Below are positions 45,438 through 57,004 of a DNA stretch of 64,000 bases, piece after piece. The position numbers and the translations under genes are program-made. The notes below the pieces were generated by a model that searched no databases, was not told the DNA's origin, and was given only the letters and a program-made list of their open reading frames with translations. Within the stretch, counting starts at the first letter, position 1; every line of letters starts with the position of its first letter. Source of the stretch: Escherichia phage slur07; the sequence record NC_028780.1. One strand, 5' to 3'.

Positions 45438-46303
45438 TATTGAGCCACCCCGATTTTCTGCGTAGCGATAACTTTAACTGCTGCTCTCATACCGACAGTT
45501 GAAGAACTTATAGTCGCCGTTACGTAATTTTCTTTAATACTAAATGCAATATTAGCGATTTCGTCTTCTTCGGTTTCATTCCCAACTCGCATGACAGCAT
45601 ATTCAGAAGAAATGACCTCTGAATTAACAGTATCCACAAGAATATTTATTTCTGCTGTTTTAATTTTTCTTCCATCTACCGATTGGCATGTAACTAGTAA
45701 TTTAGCCATATTGTATTCAGTGCGATGAAATAGTGGAATATCAACTGATCCAGATGTAGAAATATTCCATGTACCTTCAGCTGGTGATTCCTTTTGTCCA
45801 AACATACTTTCAATAGAATAATTCCAAACCGACGTAGAATTATCAGATGAAATACAGCGTAAAGTTACTTTACTATATGGACTAGTTACTACTAAATTAC
45901 CCGAAACACCTTTAATTGAATCAATAGCTTGAATTGTTAAAGGATTAGTAACTGATATTGATCCATTTGAGTTAATGAATTCAACACAATCGCCGAGTTC
46001 GCCTCTTTCAATGATAACTTTAACACCTACAGTAGAGGTATCAATATCATGTCTAGTGCCAACTTTCACTGGAGTTGCATACTCTGCAATAGAGTGTTTT
46101 TGATAATATCCAGTAGCATGGATAATTTGACCATCTGCTCCGGTGCCATTTGCTACTGCCATTTTACGTTGATCGCCAAACGCATTATAAATTGCGTTAA
46201 AATCACTATTAATTTTATTACCACCGTCGAATAAGATATCACCAGTAGAAGCGTTACCAATTTCGCCGGTATCAATCAATTTCTTTGGTTCTTGAATGAA
46301 CAT
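45437..46303 (-). CDS. 9: baseplate wedge subunit, long tail fibre socket
   Basis: 288 aa, T4 gp9 size; late promoter at 46328-46335 and hairpin 46344-46361 upstream. Confidence 0.9.
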   Translation of the reverse strand: MFIQEPKKLIDTGEIGNASTGDILFDGGNKINSDFNAIYNAFGDQRKMAVANGTGADGQIIHATGYYQKHSIAEYATPVKVGTRHDIDTSTVGVKVIIERGELGDCVEFINSNGSISVTNPLTIQAIDSIKGVSGNLVVTSPYSKVTLRCISSDNSTSVWNYSIESMFGQKESPAEGTWNISTSGSVDIPLFHRTEYNMAKLLVTCQSVDGRKIKTAEINILVDTVNSEVISSEYAVMRVGNETEEDEIANIAFSIKENYVTATISSSTVGMRAAVKVIATQKIGVAQ

Positions 46304-46366
46304 AGCGGTTTCCTTATGAGTTTATAGTATTTATAAAGAAAAAGGGAGCCCATGGGCTCCCTTAAT

Positions 46367-47371
46367 TTAAAATGTAAACAGAATATTGATTTCTTCTGTT
46401 TGATCCATTGCCATGATAATAGGTGGCCTATTTTCCATATAAATCATTTCGCCCGAATGCCTCATTAAATCTTCCGGATCATAATAATCCTTTTCAGCTT
46501 TAACGTTTGGGTCATTTGGATGAGCTTTAGCTTCAAGAGGATTCGTGATTATTGATATTTGTCTAAATCCTTTATTTCCTGGCAATGCAGCTTCAGGAAA
46601 ATAAACTGAATCTAAATATGCTTTAAAACGGATAGTATTTGCCTTAACACGGTAAATTAATCCAAAATCATCTTGCTGCCAAGTGAGATTATCTTCATAT
46701 CCCCATCTAGTCGGGTCTTCTTTTAATTCCTCAGGCCAAGGAACCACGATATATTCATTCGTGCATCTATTTATAGATACATCAGGCGGAATCTCAAATA
46801 GATATTCCCAAACATATCCGTCCCCAGGTTCAATTGTTCCTTCAGCATCTCCTCGACCTTCAGGAGGAGTCATTGACCTAGCAGAAGGAGTCCATTTTCC
46901 ACCTAACTTAAGGCATTCATCCTTATCAGTTAAAGATGCGATTGAACACATTCCGGTATCAGGAACATCTAAACAACGATATACTAACCAGCCTGCGCCT
47001 GATTCAGTAGCGTTGTAAGGAGCTGAGTTACACACTACAATATCGTTAATTCTAAATGTGTATGGATCCGGATATCTAGTATCTCCCCAATCTCTACGAG
47101 GAATAACAGCATCAAGCATTGATGGAAGAACCTTTACTGTTCCCATCATATGCGTCCACATGTCAGTTACGCCTAATACAGAATCGGTAGGATAAGGTGG
47201 GGCAAAGCCCACCTCATTTTCATTTGATGACCATGGTTCTGATCTTCCAAATGTGATAAAGATAGTGTTTTTATCCGGACCACTTCCAATTGAATTATAA
47301 AAATTCAACATTTTTTCTGTTCTAAATTTTGAAGTAACTATCGCACGATAGATAACACTTGAATCATTCAT
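46367..47371 (-). CDS. 8: baseplate wedge subunit
   Basis: 334 aa, T4 gp8 size. Confidence 0.9.
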   Translation of the reverse strand: MNDSSVIYRAIVTSKFRTEKMLNFYNSIGSGPDKNTIFITFGRSEPWSSNENEVGFAPPYPTDSVLGVTDMWTHMMGTVKVLPSMLDAVIPRRDWGDTRYPDPYTFRINDIVVCNSAPYNATESGAGWLVYRCLDVPDTGMCSIASLTDKDECLKLGGKWTPSARSMTPPEGRGDAEGTIEPGDGYVWEYLFEIPPDVSINRCTNEYIVVPWPEELKEDPTRWGYEDNLTWQQDDFGLIYRVKANTIRFKAYLDSVYFPEAALPGNKGFRQISIITNPLEAKAHPNDPNVKAEKDYYDPEDLMRHSGEMIYMENRPPIIMAMDQTEEINILFTF

Positions 47372-50300
47372 CTATTTTAACCTGTGTTGGATTTTCAGGG
47401 TCTCTTGGATTTCCTATATTATCTTTTAGACGTTTATTAACTAAATCTCTAAATTGCGCAAATGTTGTTCCAGATGCATCAAATAAAGGACTCATTAATT
47501 TACGTCGTTCAGACGGCAATTGACCTTGAAATATTGAATTGTTATTTTCAGCATTATAGTCATCAGGAAGAGGATATTCTACACCAGCCATTGGGCCAGG
47601 CTCATAAATTGCTTCGCCTGTTACCGAATCATGCTCAATTTCACCAGTTGGAGTCAATTTAGCTACTCTATCAGCATATTCAGTAGGCAATCCAGAATCC
47701 CATTTATAGTTTTTGTATTTATTAATTATAGTCTCTGTATGTTTAAGAGTTAAACCAACATTAATAAACATTGTTAAAAGGGTAATTGCTATAAATCCAA
47801 ATCCTACTGGATGAACAAAACGAATAACGTCAGATTTCCAGCGGGAAGAAGGTAAATTGGATTTAATTTTCATTACATAGTATGATCTACTTCTATTAAT
47901 ATAGTCTATATTGTTTTGAAGCAAATCCTTTCCTTTAACCCCACGAATAATTTCGCCTTCAAAACTAGGGAGTCTTTCTGCTTTAACTTCTTGACCAGCA
48001 ATTAATCGTCCTAAAAGATTATGAATAGTTACGGTCCATTGCAATTTACCATTAGAATAGCTTCTTTCTATATAAGTAACATTACATCTTCCTGTTGCCG
48101 TATAAATCGTTTGTCCTACTAAATCTTCAGTCAAAGAATCAGATTGAACAATTATATCATATTCAGTACCAGCCCCAGATTCAATTTCAATTTCAACTTC
48201 TTCATTATAAAGAACTTTAAAAAGAAATTTGTATGATGCTTCAATTCCTTTAGTAGAATAAAAATCATAGCTACGTGATTCAAAGAATCTTGCAACAGCA
48301 TCGCGTTTGTCAGCATTTAAATAAATGTTTCTTTTATATATCTCTGACCACAAATATTCCCATGCATGCTCTTCTCGTGGATATTGGTTACGAATTAAAT
48401 TTCGTAAATTGTTATACTGAGTTCCATATCCATCAGAAAGATATTGAATATATGCTTCGCAAAATGCTTCAAAATTCGAATCCTGTAACAAATAAGAATC
48501 AGGCATCATTGTGCCAATTAATGGTCTTAAATCAGGGTCAGCTAATCCACGCTCTTCTTCTGGTGACCAAGGAGTCTCATGCTCTTGGTTTTGTAAAAAT
48601 GCTTTTAAAAATACTTCAGTTGGCTTCCAAATAATTTCTACTGTATCTCTCACACGATAGTTAAAATCATAGTAAGAAATTATTTCACCGGAGGCTTTGT
48701 AGAAAAGCATTCCTGATGCGTATTTTTTAAATCCAGTGAATTTGACATTTGGCATTACTATAGTGCAATCACCATCATCCCAGTATTCATGAACTAATCT
48801 ATCTGGTGATGTTTCCGGAATATTTTCTATAACTTTAGTGTATTTTAAATCGGCATAAACTACTACAGCTCTATCAGAGTTGTTTATCCAACAACGTGTG
48901 TTAGATTTTTTAGACCAGTTAAAGAACGGTTCTGCGTAGTATTTCATTGGTTGAGGAGTAAAAGTCTCCCAATCAGATTTTTCATCCGCTATAAATGCCA
49001 TCATATGATAATGCTTATCAGCTAACCATTCACGAGGAAATTCATATTTAACAGCACCGATTAACTGATATTTTGCTGCAGTTTCAGGGTCATTAACAAC
49101 ATTATCGCTTAAAAATTTAAAATTACTCGAAGACAGAGAAACTAATTTACCGTCAGTTGACATATTCGCATATCCGGGTTGAATACGTCTTCTTTCTTCT
49201 TCGGTATTACCAAAAACTCTTTTCCATGTTTTTTCATCATGATTTAAAACATATATTCCTTTATCAGCAGAATCAATTATTTTTGATGTTCTCGGATTAG
49301 CATTCAATGTTTCAACTTCACCAATAATAAGAGCAAAAACTTTATCACCGATAGAATCCATTTTATAGCATACTGCTTTAGGATTTCCAGTTATAGTCAT
49401 GGTATCAGGTTCAAAAAGTCTTTCCGAATATGTTGGAGATAATGGATCAGAATCTATAGGTGCATTACTCGTTTTTATGTATCTAACTTTGTCTCTGGCG
49501 ACAACGTAAATGTAATCATCGGTGCAAGTAATAGCTTCTGCAATGCGGTATACATTCGCTGGTAAAGTCGCATAAGTGGCAAAAATTTCTACATCAAATC
49601 CTAAATGTAATTGGTCGCCAAGTTTAGCGAATGTTATATCCTGAGAACTAAATCTGACATCGTCAGCTGACCATCTAACATCAGTCGATTTGCGGCCATA
49701 GAAAATCTTGTCGTATCCTAGAACGTATGTTGTGTTCGCAGATTGGTAATATACTGTCTTAGATAAAGGATATCCTACGCGGTCATTGAAGAGCTTTACA
49801 GCTTTCCAAGTTTGTCCTTTATCATTGGATACTTTAACTACGGGTTGATAGCGCTCAAAAAGATATAGAATCCCTTCTGATTCCATCAAATAAACACGGT
49901 TAATATCCTTACATACTTGCTGAATAGAACCTTGTATTTCATGATACTCATTTTCACCAATAATAAAATTACTTATTGATGAAACATCAACATATGATGG
50001 GCTGAATTGGAACGATTCATTCATCAATGCAGCCATTATAGTGTCATTATTAAAATTAACATAATCAGAATTATTAAGAGTAAATTTTTCCTGAATGAAT
50101 TTATTGGCTAATTGCATTTCAATCATGTTTTGAAATGTATAAGCATTTGTAGCAAAAGTTTCAAACTCTTCTGTATAAATCCAGTCAGACTGCTCAAAAT
50201 CTTGCGCAGCTGTGGCTACTCTAATAATGTATGTTGTTAATGGATCAGCATCATCAAAAAAGAAACTATTATTTGCTGTATATCCTAAATTAATCCAACG

Positions 50301-50462
50301 ATATTGATTACTCGGGAGTTTTTCCCCCGAGTTTGTTTTTGTCTCAGCGATTTCTACAAAATAGTAGAAATTAGCACCAACGTCATCCCAGCGTACTTGC
50401 ACCTGATTTGCGGATAACTTGGAAATTCTGAGACTAGTGACTGAAGGTGCTTTTACTGTCAT
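47364..50462 (-). CDS. 7: baseplate wedge initiator
   Basis: 1032 aa, T4 gp7 size. Confidence 0.92.
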   Translation of the reverse strand: MTVKAPSVTSLRISKLSANQVQVRWDDVGANFYYFVEIAETKTNSGEKLPSNQYRWINLGYTANNSFFFDDADPLTTYIIRVATAAQDFEQSDWIYTEEFETFATNAYTFQNMIEMQLANKFIQEKFTLNNSDYVNFNNDTIMAALMNESFQFSPSYVDVSSISNFIIGENEYHEIQGSIQQVCKDINRVYLMESEGILYLFERYQPVVKVSNDKGQTWKAVKLFNDRVGYPLSKTVYYQSANTTYVLGYDKIFYGRKSTDVRWSADDVRFSSQDITFAKLGDQLHLGFDVEIFATYATLPANVYRIAEAITCTDDYIYVVARDKVRYIKTSNAPIDSDPLSPTYSERLFEPDTMTITGNPKAVCYKMDSIGDKVFALIIGEVETLNANPRTSKIIDSADKGIYVLNHDEKTWKRVFGNTEEERRRIQPGYANMSTDGKLVSLSSSNFKFLSDNVVNDPETAAKYQLIGAVKYEFPREWLADKHYHMMAFIADEKSDWETFTPQPMKYYAEPFFNWSKKSNTRCWINNSDRAVVVYADLKYTKVIENIPETSPDRLVHEYWDDGDCTIVMPNVKFTGFKKYASGMLFYKASGEIISYYDFNYRVRDTVEIIWKPTEVFLKAFLQNQEHETPWSPEEERGLADPDLRPLIGTMMPDSYLLQDSNFEAFCEAYIQYLSDGYGTQYNNLRNLIRNQYPREEHAWEYLWSEIYKRNIYLNADKRDAVARFFESRSYDFYSTKGIEASYKFLFKVLYNEEVEIEIESGAGTEYDIIVQSDSLTEDLVGQTIYTATGRCNVTYIERSYSNGKLQWTVTIHNLLGRLIAGQEVKAERLPSFEGEIIRGVKGKDLLQNNIDYINRSRSYYVMKIKSNLPSSRWKSDVIRFVHPVGFGFIAITLLTMFINVGLTLKHTETIINKYKNYKWDSGLPTEYADRVAKLTPTGEIEHDSVTGEAIYEPGPMAGVEYPLPDDYNAENNNSIFQGQLPSERRKLMSPLFDASGTTFAQFRDLVNKRLKDNIGNPRDPENPTQVKIDE

Positions 50463-52441
50463 TGTGATATAGGCTCCAAATCGATAGTTAAGTATTGTGG
50501 ACGTAAGTCATTTTCAAATACAATCAGTGAACCATCGCGAGTAAAGATAACATCATCGGTTGGGTCAGAATATAATTCAATGGTCTGAACTTCAAATTTT
50601 TCAGATGTTAAATTAATTTTAGCGATATTCCAATAAATCATGTCAGCCGGATAATTTATTTCACCGATAACATAATATTTGTCACGTCCATCAGAATTTG
50701 CTAATTTATTAAAATCATTGCCTGTATACGGCTGAATGTTTTCATTTTCTGTAACATCGCCAGAAGCAAATGGACCAATAATAACTTTACCAATTCCTTT
50801 AGAATCTCGGTCTGTTGATACTATACGAACGTCATATAATACATCTTCTTCTAAACCAGTATCAGGATTTACAACCTTTCGTCCAGAATTAAATGAAAAC
50901 GTATTAGATTCCATAGAACGATCTTTTATTTGATTATTGTATTTAATACCTGCTTCAGGCGTTTTATAGAAGTTTTGTACTTCACGAACAATTTGAATTG
51001 TCGCTGATGAACCAATGATAGAATGATCTGCATCATCTACATATGTCAACATCTTAGACTTGGCAAAAGACGAGTTAAAAATTTCTACATCTTCGGTATA
51101 ATAACGATCAATTTTATCAATTATTTGACCTTCGAGCCACTGTTCGGATTCTTGCAGCTTATTTAAAGCATATGTGACTTTTAAATTAGTCTTAATAAAA
51201 AGATAATTAGGAGAAATAATTGATGGCGTAATAGGAGCTAAATTATAGTCTTTGAGATAATTTTTAATATCTTCACGTTGCACAGTAGTTAAATACAATC
51301 CTGATTTAGGTTTAGCAGCAATAAATGCATACCCAGGTTTAGTAGAATCAGTGAAAGTCTGAACAGCTTGAATAATAGAACCAAATCTCTCTGAAACGAA
51401 TGTATCATAATCAGTCGCAGTTACGCAGCGTTGCTGGGTTTCGCGTTTAATAGTACCCAATTCGCGAATACGCTCAATATCTTCTGGATCACCGCCGCCA
51501 TCTGCTCCGACAAAATCTGGGTCGTCGTTTGGATTTTCATTAATATTGATGACAGTTATATTTGTTAATGTATCTGCATATGAAAATCCGACTGCACCAT
51601 TCGCATCTGCACCGTTAGTACTGATGTACTCAATAACAATCGTAGAGTTCTGGGTAGGTTTAAGACCTCCGATATAATTAGCGGTCAAAGCTCCTTCAGA
51701 AGCATTAACAGAAATTTCACCTTCACCAAAATAGAATTCAGTGTTTCCATCAATAGTTTCACGCATATAGTAAATCGTTGATGTTGAACCAGCATGAACC
51801 ATTGACTTTCTCGTCCAGTTAATCCATTCCGCTCCATCAACATATAATTTAACCTGGTTTCTATCAATATTTTTATCATAAATGATAATAGGTGTTAATT
51901 TATCATAAATGATTTCAGTTCTTACTATACGTCCCTGGGCCAATTTTAAACGCGGAAAATATTGGTTATTTTTATCACGAATGGCAATAACGTCTTCGGT
52001 AGAAACGAAGTTATATGGATTAACAGAAGTATCTTTTGCATATGCTAAAAAGCGAGTTCCGCGAGGAATAGTAATGTAATTCCTATTCAATGCGTCGGTG
52101 CATGTTAACATAATTTCGGTCTGCGCAGCGGATTTTGAAGTAGGTAAATATCCGTTATCTTGTGCAGCTTGAACAACTGAACTTCGTAAGTTAGCAGTAC
52201 GCATAAAGCTTTCATACACAGCAGCATTACCAAACTGTTGAATGTACAGCGTATTATAAGCCAAAAGGTCACACAGAACGTTTAATCTTGAGCCTTCAAA
52301 ATCATAATCCAAAAATTCATTTTGGCCATTAAGCCATTCAATGAGGTTTTGTTTTATTTCAGCAAACGTACCCCCGACGAATATCTCGGGAATAGCATTT
52401 GCTGTTCTTGTTAATTGATAATTTACAGGGGTATTTGCCAT
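50459..52441 (-). CDS. 6: baseplate wedge subunit
   Basis: 660 aa, T4 gp6 size. Confidence 0.92.
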   Translation of the reverse strand: MANTPVNYQLTRTANAIPEIFVGGTFAEIKQNLIEWLNGQNEFLDYDFEGSRLNVLCDLLAYNTLYIQQFGNAAVYESFMRTANLRSSVVQAAQDNGYLPTSKSAAQTEIMLTCTDALNRNYITIPRGTRFLAYAKDTSVNPYNFVSTEDVIAIRDKNNQYFPRLKLAQGRIVRTEIIYDKLTPIIIYDKNIDRNQVKLYVDGAEWINWTRKSMVHAGSTSTIYYMRETIDGNTEFYFGEGEISVNASEGALTANYIGGLKPTQNSTIVIEYISTNGADANGAVGFSYADTLTNITVININENPNDDPDFVGADGGGDPEDIERIRELGTIKRETQQRCVTATDYDTFVSERFGSIIQAVQTFTDSTKPGYAFIAAKPKSGLYLTTVQREDIKNYLKDYNLAPITPSIISPNYLFIKTNLKVTYALNKLQESEQWLEGQIIDKIDRYYTEDVEIFNSSFAKSKMLTYVDDADHSIIGSSATIQIVREVQNFYKTPEAGIKYNNQIKDRSMESNTFSFNSGRKVVNPDTGLEEDVLYDVRIVSTDRDSKGIGKVIIGPFASGDVTENENIQPYTGNDFNKLANSDGRDKYYVIGEINYPADMIYWNIAKINLTSEKFEVQTIELYSDPTDDVIFTRDGSLIVFENDLRPQYLTIDLEPISQ

Positions 52442-52449
52442 TTTAAATC

Positions 52450-52743
52450 CTATTTAATGAATACTTTAGATGATGCCTGAGCCACAGTATCACCGCATGA
52501 TATTGGATCAGCCATTTGAACAGCTTTCTTTCCAGTGACATATACCTTAGAAGTTCTGGGTTGTGTCACTCCGCCATGTGTTTCATATGGCTTTTTAATT
52601 TCTGTATGTTCTGTAATTGGATCACCTGCTACGAGAACAGCAATTCCTCCAGTGAATACTTTACTTTGTGTAGCATTCACAACTGTTGGAGGCCATGCTT
52701 CATGTCCAGCAGTAACACACTTATCATAACTTAATCCTGGCAT
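52450..52743 (-). CDS. 5.4: PAAR-repeat spike tip protein
   Basis: 97 aa; PAAR-like fold expected downstream of gene 5. Confidence 0.8.
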   Translation of the reverse strand: MPGLSYDKCVTAGHEAWPPTVVNATQSKVFTGGIAVLVAGDPITEHTEIKKPYETHGGVTQPRTSKVYVTGKKAVQMADPISCGDTVAQASSKVFIK

Positions 52744-53301
52744 TTATGACCTCTCATATACATAGCTTCTCAATTTATTAGCCCAACGGCTCCAATTTCC
52801 AACTATAGTTTTAGTATAATTTTTAACAAGAGTTTTTCTTACTGGAGCAGGAGGATCCGTTGGTTCAGTAGTATCAGAAGATGACCTAGAATTACTGCCA
52901 GAACCTCCAGATTCACTTTGTTCTTGGTAGTCATATATTAATGTTACTTCGTAAGTGAATGTCTTCTGGAGATTCTGAGGAGCTTTCCACAAATACAACT
53001 GAGTGTCAGAATCAGTTGGAAGGTCTTCCCATGAAGCAGCAGTTTTAAATTCATCATCTAAACGATATTTCAACGCGTCATTTCCGAAACCAAATACAGA
53101 TTCATATGTTCCATATAAGCGATTTTCTTCTACTAAAACCCCAGGAGTTTCTTCGTAACTAGTTATATTTATAGATACTAACGTTTCACCTGTTTCTAAT
53201 TGAGCGGTAAAGGTGACGTCGATAGAAGAACCTTCCATGGATTCTCCTAAATCAGCGCTCATTGGAAGTATATTAGCCAATGTCAATCCTCGATCCATCA
53301 A
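52744..53301 (-). CDS. hypothetical baseplate-associated protein (185 aa)
   Basis: ORF between gene 5 and the PAAR gene; acidic, Ser/Gly-rich linker. Confidence 0.6.
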   Translation of the reverse strand: MMDRGLTLANILPMSADLGESMEGSSIDVTFTAQLETGETLVSINITSYEETPGVLVEENRLYGTYESVFGFGNDALKYRLDDEFKTAASWEDLPTDSDTQLYLWKAPQNLQKTFTYEVTLIYDYQEQSESGGSGSNSRSSSDTTEPTDPPAPVRKTLVKNYTKTIVGNWSRWANKLRSYVYERS

Positions 53302-55000
53302 TTGTGTATTGACCAGATGAAATAGAACTCATAGATGCCATTTTTTCTGTCCAATCACCACCAACGTCCCAATCAACTGTTCCAGCAACTTTCCAAGAAA
53401 GATTTCCATTTACTGTATTAGTTTGATTTCCTTCAACTAAAGTGGTAGCATCTCCTTTAACTGTAATGTCAGCATTACCTTCAACTACAATAGTAACATT
53501 ACCTTTAACTAGGATAGTTCCATTACCTTCAACCGTCTTAGTTTCATCGCCACGTACAAATATTGTATTGCTTCCATCTATTTGGTGAAGACGATTATCC
53601 ATGTTGTAATAAATTTCTGATCCACCGACGTTAGTCTTTTTATCACCGGCTACCAAAAAATTACCATCAGCGTTGGTTATATCATACAAATTATCAACAG
53701 TTTTTCTTGTTCTTCTTCCTGACGGTGATACTTCTTCATAAGTTCCAGTTGGATGAACTAATCTGTATCGTTCTTGCCCAGGGGTATCATCAAATTCTTG
53801 GATATGTCCACTTTCAGTTTCCATTGTATGCACATAAGGATATTCACCTTTATATGAAGAAACTGGTTCTTTGAATAAAATTCTCGAGTCATTTGGAATA
53901 GGAGGATCAGCAGGGTCAGAAGATTTAGCTACAGTAGCAGCCATTGCTGATAGAGACCTAGCTGGGGTTTTCACTTCAACACCATATGATTCCAAATTCC
54001 CTGTAAGAATAATCATAGTAACACGGGATGCACGGCCTTTTGTTTGTTGATACCACAATGAATCACGACCAGCTTTATATGCTTTTTCCCAATCTCCGGC
54101 TAACATAGCAGTTAACATTGTGTTAAATTTAGCTACACCGCCAACACCCATCTGAAATGCCATATTTTCTAATGCCATTTGACGAGAACGGTTGACAGCT
54201 TGCCAGACTGGTCCTACTTTAGAATGTGATTTAATGTCACGTTGCATATCAGCCAAATCACGCTCAAATAAAGCTGTAGCTTCTTCCATTGTAATAGAAC
54301 CTGGATTTCCTGTAATTTCACGACCAACTTGTTTTGATAAAACTTTATTAATTTGAGCCATATCACGAACTGGCTGCTTCATGATAAGATGACCAATACC
54401 AATTGTCGGATATCCTTCGGTATCCCAATAAACTTTTAGTCTTAATCCTTCATCACGGCGAAGCATTTCAGCCATTGACATATTTGGATTATCATCAGTT
54501 GGAATTTCTGATAGTGGTCTATCATCGGGATTTATTGCAGTGTCTAGATTACTATCTTGGATAATATTAGAAGACGAATCATATCCTACTTCTCCGCCTT
54601 GGTTTAATACGTTAGTATCATTTCCTAAACGTCTAGGATATTGCCCAGTTGGGTCAGAAAATCCTTCAAGTCTATTCGGTTTTTCGCGAACTATTCCACC
54701 ATACGTGCCAAGGACAATTCCGTTAGTTTTCCATTTGTCTAAAAAATGACCATAAACTCTAGTTCCTTCTACCGGTCCAGTAACAGAACCTCCAATTCCT
54801 GACATTGCTGCAGAAGTTATAGGTTGAATAACTGACATCCATGGTAATTTTTCAGTTGGAATACCCATTACATCACCTTGTGCTCTTTGAGGTGGATGCA
54901 AACCAACCACACGAACACGAACACGACCTAATTTTAATGGGTCCATTCTATCTTCAACAACACCAACAAACCAATTAAGGTTATTACTTATCATTTCCAT
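53273..55000 (-). CDS. 5: baseplate hub spike with tail lysozyme domain
   Basis: 575 aa; central lysozyme-like segment; C-terminal VxGxxxxx beta-helix repeats. Confidence 0.93.
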   Translation of the reverse strand: MEMISNNLNWFVGVVEDRMDPLKLGRVRVRVVGLHPPQRAQGDVMGIPTEKLPWMSVIQPITSAAMSGIGGSVTGPVEGTRVYGHFLDKWKTNGIVLGTYGGIVREKPNRLEGFSDPTGQYPRRLGNDTNVLNQGGEVGYDSSSNIIQDSNLDTAINPDDRPLSEIPTDDNPNMSMAEMLRRDEGLRLKVYWDTEGYPTIGIGHLIMKQPVRDMAQINKVLSKQVGREITGNPGSITMEEATALFERDLADMQRDIKSHSKVGPVWQAVNRSRQMALENMAFQMGVGGVAKFNTMLTAMLAGDWEKAYKAGRDSLWYQQTKGRASRVTMIILTGNLESYGVEVKTPARSLSAMAATVAKSSDPADPPIPNDSRILFKEPVSSYKGEYPYVHTMETESGHIQEFDDTPGQERYRLVHPTGTYEEVSPSGRRTRKTVDNLYDITNADGNFLVAGDKKTNVGGSEIYYNMDNRLHQIDGSNTIFVRGDETKTVEGNGTILVKGNVTIVVEGNADITVKGDATTLVEGNQTNTVNGNLSWKVAGTVDWDVGGDWTEKMASMSSISSGQYTIDGSRIDIG

Positions 55001-55574
55001 AAGATTTCTCCATTATACGTATAAGGTCGTTCATAAATGAATTGATGTCTGATTTTGCTATTATTTTTATTTGACGAAGTTTTTCATTTTCAAGAACAGC
55101 AGCTTCATACGTATCGACCGCAGCAAGTGCTCCTTCATATTGAGGATATTTTCTAGCTTTATCACCTTTGTCATACCAAACATATGGATTATCATCGTAT
55201 GATATTAAATTATAAAATTTTTCACCGTTCTCATTCACATGATATACTATCTGGTCTCCACCCACATTTTTGTATTTTTGTATAGATGCTTGATAAGCAG
55301 CTTCTTGTGAAGTAATCCATCCATAATACGGATCATAATTATCATTACACATCAATAAAACCCAATACAACTGTGGATTTCCATATATAGTATTTGCTAA
55401 TTCTTCCGGGCGTGGTGAACCTTTGATATAATAAGTACGTAAGCGGTATCCCGCAAGAGCACGTTTAAAATAGTCTTTATAGTTTCTAAAAATATCTGTC
55501 ATAGGAATAGTCGGCGCGTTTTTATTCACCGTTTTGGCCGCATATTCAATCGGATCAAAAAATGTAAAGAGCAT
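54984..55574 (-). CDS. 53: baseplate wedge subunit
   Basis: 196 aa, T4 gp53 size. Confidence 0.88.
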   Translation of the reverse strand: MLFTFFDPIEYAAKTVNKNAPTIPMTDIFRNYKDYFKRALAGYRLRTYYIKGSPRPEELANTIYGNPQLYWVLLMCNDNYDPYYGWITSQEAAYQASIQKYKNVGGDQIVYHVNENGEKFYNLISYDDNPYVWYDKGDKARKYPQYEGALAAVDTYEAAVLENEKLRQIKIIAKSDINSFMNDLIRIMEKSYGNDK

Positions 55575-55587
55575 GGGCCCTCCTGTT

Positions 55588-55610
55588 TATAAATATATTA
55601 TCTATTTATA
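55588..55610. promoter_or_regulatory. divergent late promoters for gene 4 (+, 55588-55595) and gene 53 (-, 55603-55610)
   Basis: TATAAATA on each strand in the 47 nt divergent intergenic region. Confidence 0.6.
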
Positions 55611-55621
55611 AGGAGAATCCA

Positions 55622-56074
55622 ATGGCATATTCTGGAAAATGGGTTCCTAAAAATATATCAAAGTATAGAGGTGACCCTAAAAAAATTACGTATAGATCAA
55701 ATTGGGAAAAATTCTTTTTTGAATGGTTAGATAAAAATCCAGAAATTATTGCATGGGGTAGTGAAACAGCAGTAATTCCTTATTTTTGTAATGCAGAAGG
55801 GAAAAAACGTAGATACTTCATGGATATTTGGATGAAAGATTCTTCTGGACAAGAATTTTTTATTGAAATAAAACCTAAAAAAGAAACACAACCACCAGTT
55901 AAACCAGCACATCTAACAACCGCAGCGAAGAAAAGATTTATGAATGAAATTTATACCTGGTCTGTGAACACTGATAAATGGAAAGCAGCACAATCTTTAG
56001 CTGAAAAGCGTGGAATAAAATTTAGAATTCTAACAGAAGATGGATTACGAGCTCTTGGCTTTAAGGGGGCATAA
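55622..56074 (+). CDS. 4: head completion protein
   Basis: 150 aa, T4 gp4 size. Confidence 0.85.
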   Translation: MAYSGKWVPKNISKYRGDPKKITYRSNWEKFFFEWLDKNPEIIAWGSETAVIPYFCNAEGKKRRYFMDIWMKDSSGQEFFIEIKPKKETQPPVKPAHLTTAAKKRFMNEIYTWSVNTDKWKAAQSLAEKRGIKFRILTEDGLRALGFKGA

Positions 56075-56898
56075 TGGCTATTTTTCAAATAATTAATGAA
56101 AGCACTCCCCAAGTTCCAAAGGTTAAGCAATCATTAAACGAAAAGAAATGGATTCAGATAGGTCTTGAATACAGAAAGGCCAAAGCAAAAGGAATGACAG
56201 GAAAGCAATTTGCTGAAGAAAGAGGAATCAAATACTCTACGTTTACTTCGGCAATGTCAAAATATGCTTCAGGAATTAAAACGGCTGAAAAGATTCAAAA
56301 GCTTGAATCAAAACCAATGAATAAACTCAATAAGCAAGAAAGACAACTGCTTATGATAAATTCATTCAGGCAAACATTGCGTGATAAAATTCGTAATGAA
56401 GGTGCAGCAATTAATAATAAAACCAGAAAGTGGTTTGCTGAAACTATTAAGCAAGTAAAAGGACATAAAGTTGTTCGCCCGCAGCCGGGACGAATATATG
56501 CTTTTGCTTATGATGCTAAACACAAGGAAACTCTTCCTTATTGGGATAAATTTCCTTTGATAATTTACCTTGGTTTAGGTAAGCATAATTTAATGTACGG
56601 ATTGAACTTGCACTATATTCCACCTAAAGCTCGTCAGCAATTCCTAGAAGAGCTTTTAAAGCAATATGCAAATACACCTACTATTACTAATAAAACGAAA
56701 TTAAAAATTGATTGGAGTCAAGTGAAAGGATTTAGGGGCGCAGACCAAATGATTAAGGCATATATACCTGGTAATATTATGGGTAGCCTTGTTGAAATCG
56801 CCCCGAAAGACTGGGCGAACGTTGTGTTGATGCCACTTCAGCAGTTCGTTTCAAAAGGAAAACGTTTCTCTGCAAACAAAGTCTGGTCAAATATCTAA
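56074..56898 (+). CDS. 2: DNA end protector protein
   Basis: 274 aa, T4 gp2 size; start overlaps gene 4 stop. Confidence 0.85.
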   Translation: MAIFQIINESTPQVPKVKQSLNEKKWIQIGLEYRKAKAKGMTGKQFAEERGIKYSTFTSAMSKYASGIKTAEKIQKLESKPMNKLNKQERQLLMINSFRQTLRDKIRNEGAAINNKTRKWFAETIKQVKGHKVVRPQPGRIYAFAYDAKHKETLPYWDKFPLIIYLGLGKHNLMYGLNLHYIPPKARQQFLEELLKQYANTPTITNKTKLKIDWSQVKGFRGADQMIKAYIPGNIMGSLVEIAPKDWANVVLMPLQQFVSKGKRFSANKVWSNI

Positions 56899-57004
56899 TT
56901 CTATTATCTTCCATTCTTTTCTGTTGTTTGTTCTAAATGGAATTGAATGGAAGGGACTTAGACCCATTATACCACCAACAGTTATAAAGCATTATGAGGA
57001 ATAT

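Noticed and set aside
53273-55000. Possibility that the repetitive C-terminus of gene 5 hides a separate gene
   Set aside because: The VxGxxxxx repeats form one continuous frame, consistent with the beta-helical needle of the spike protein
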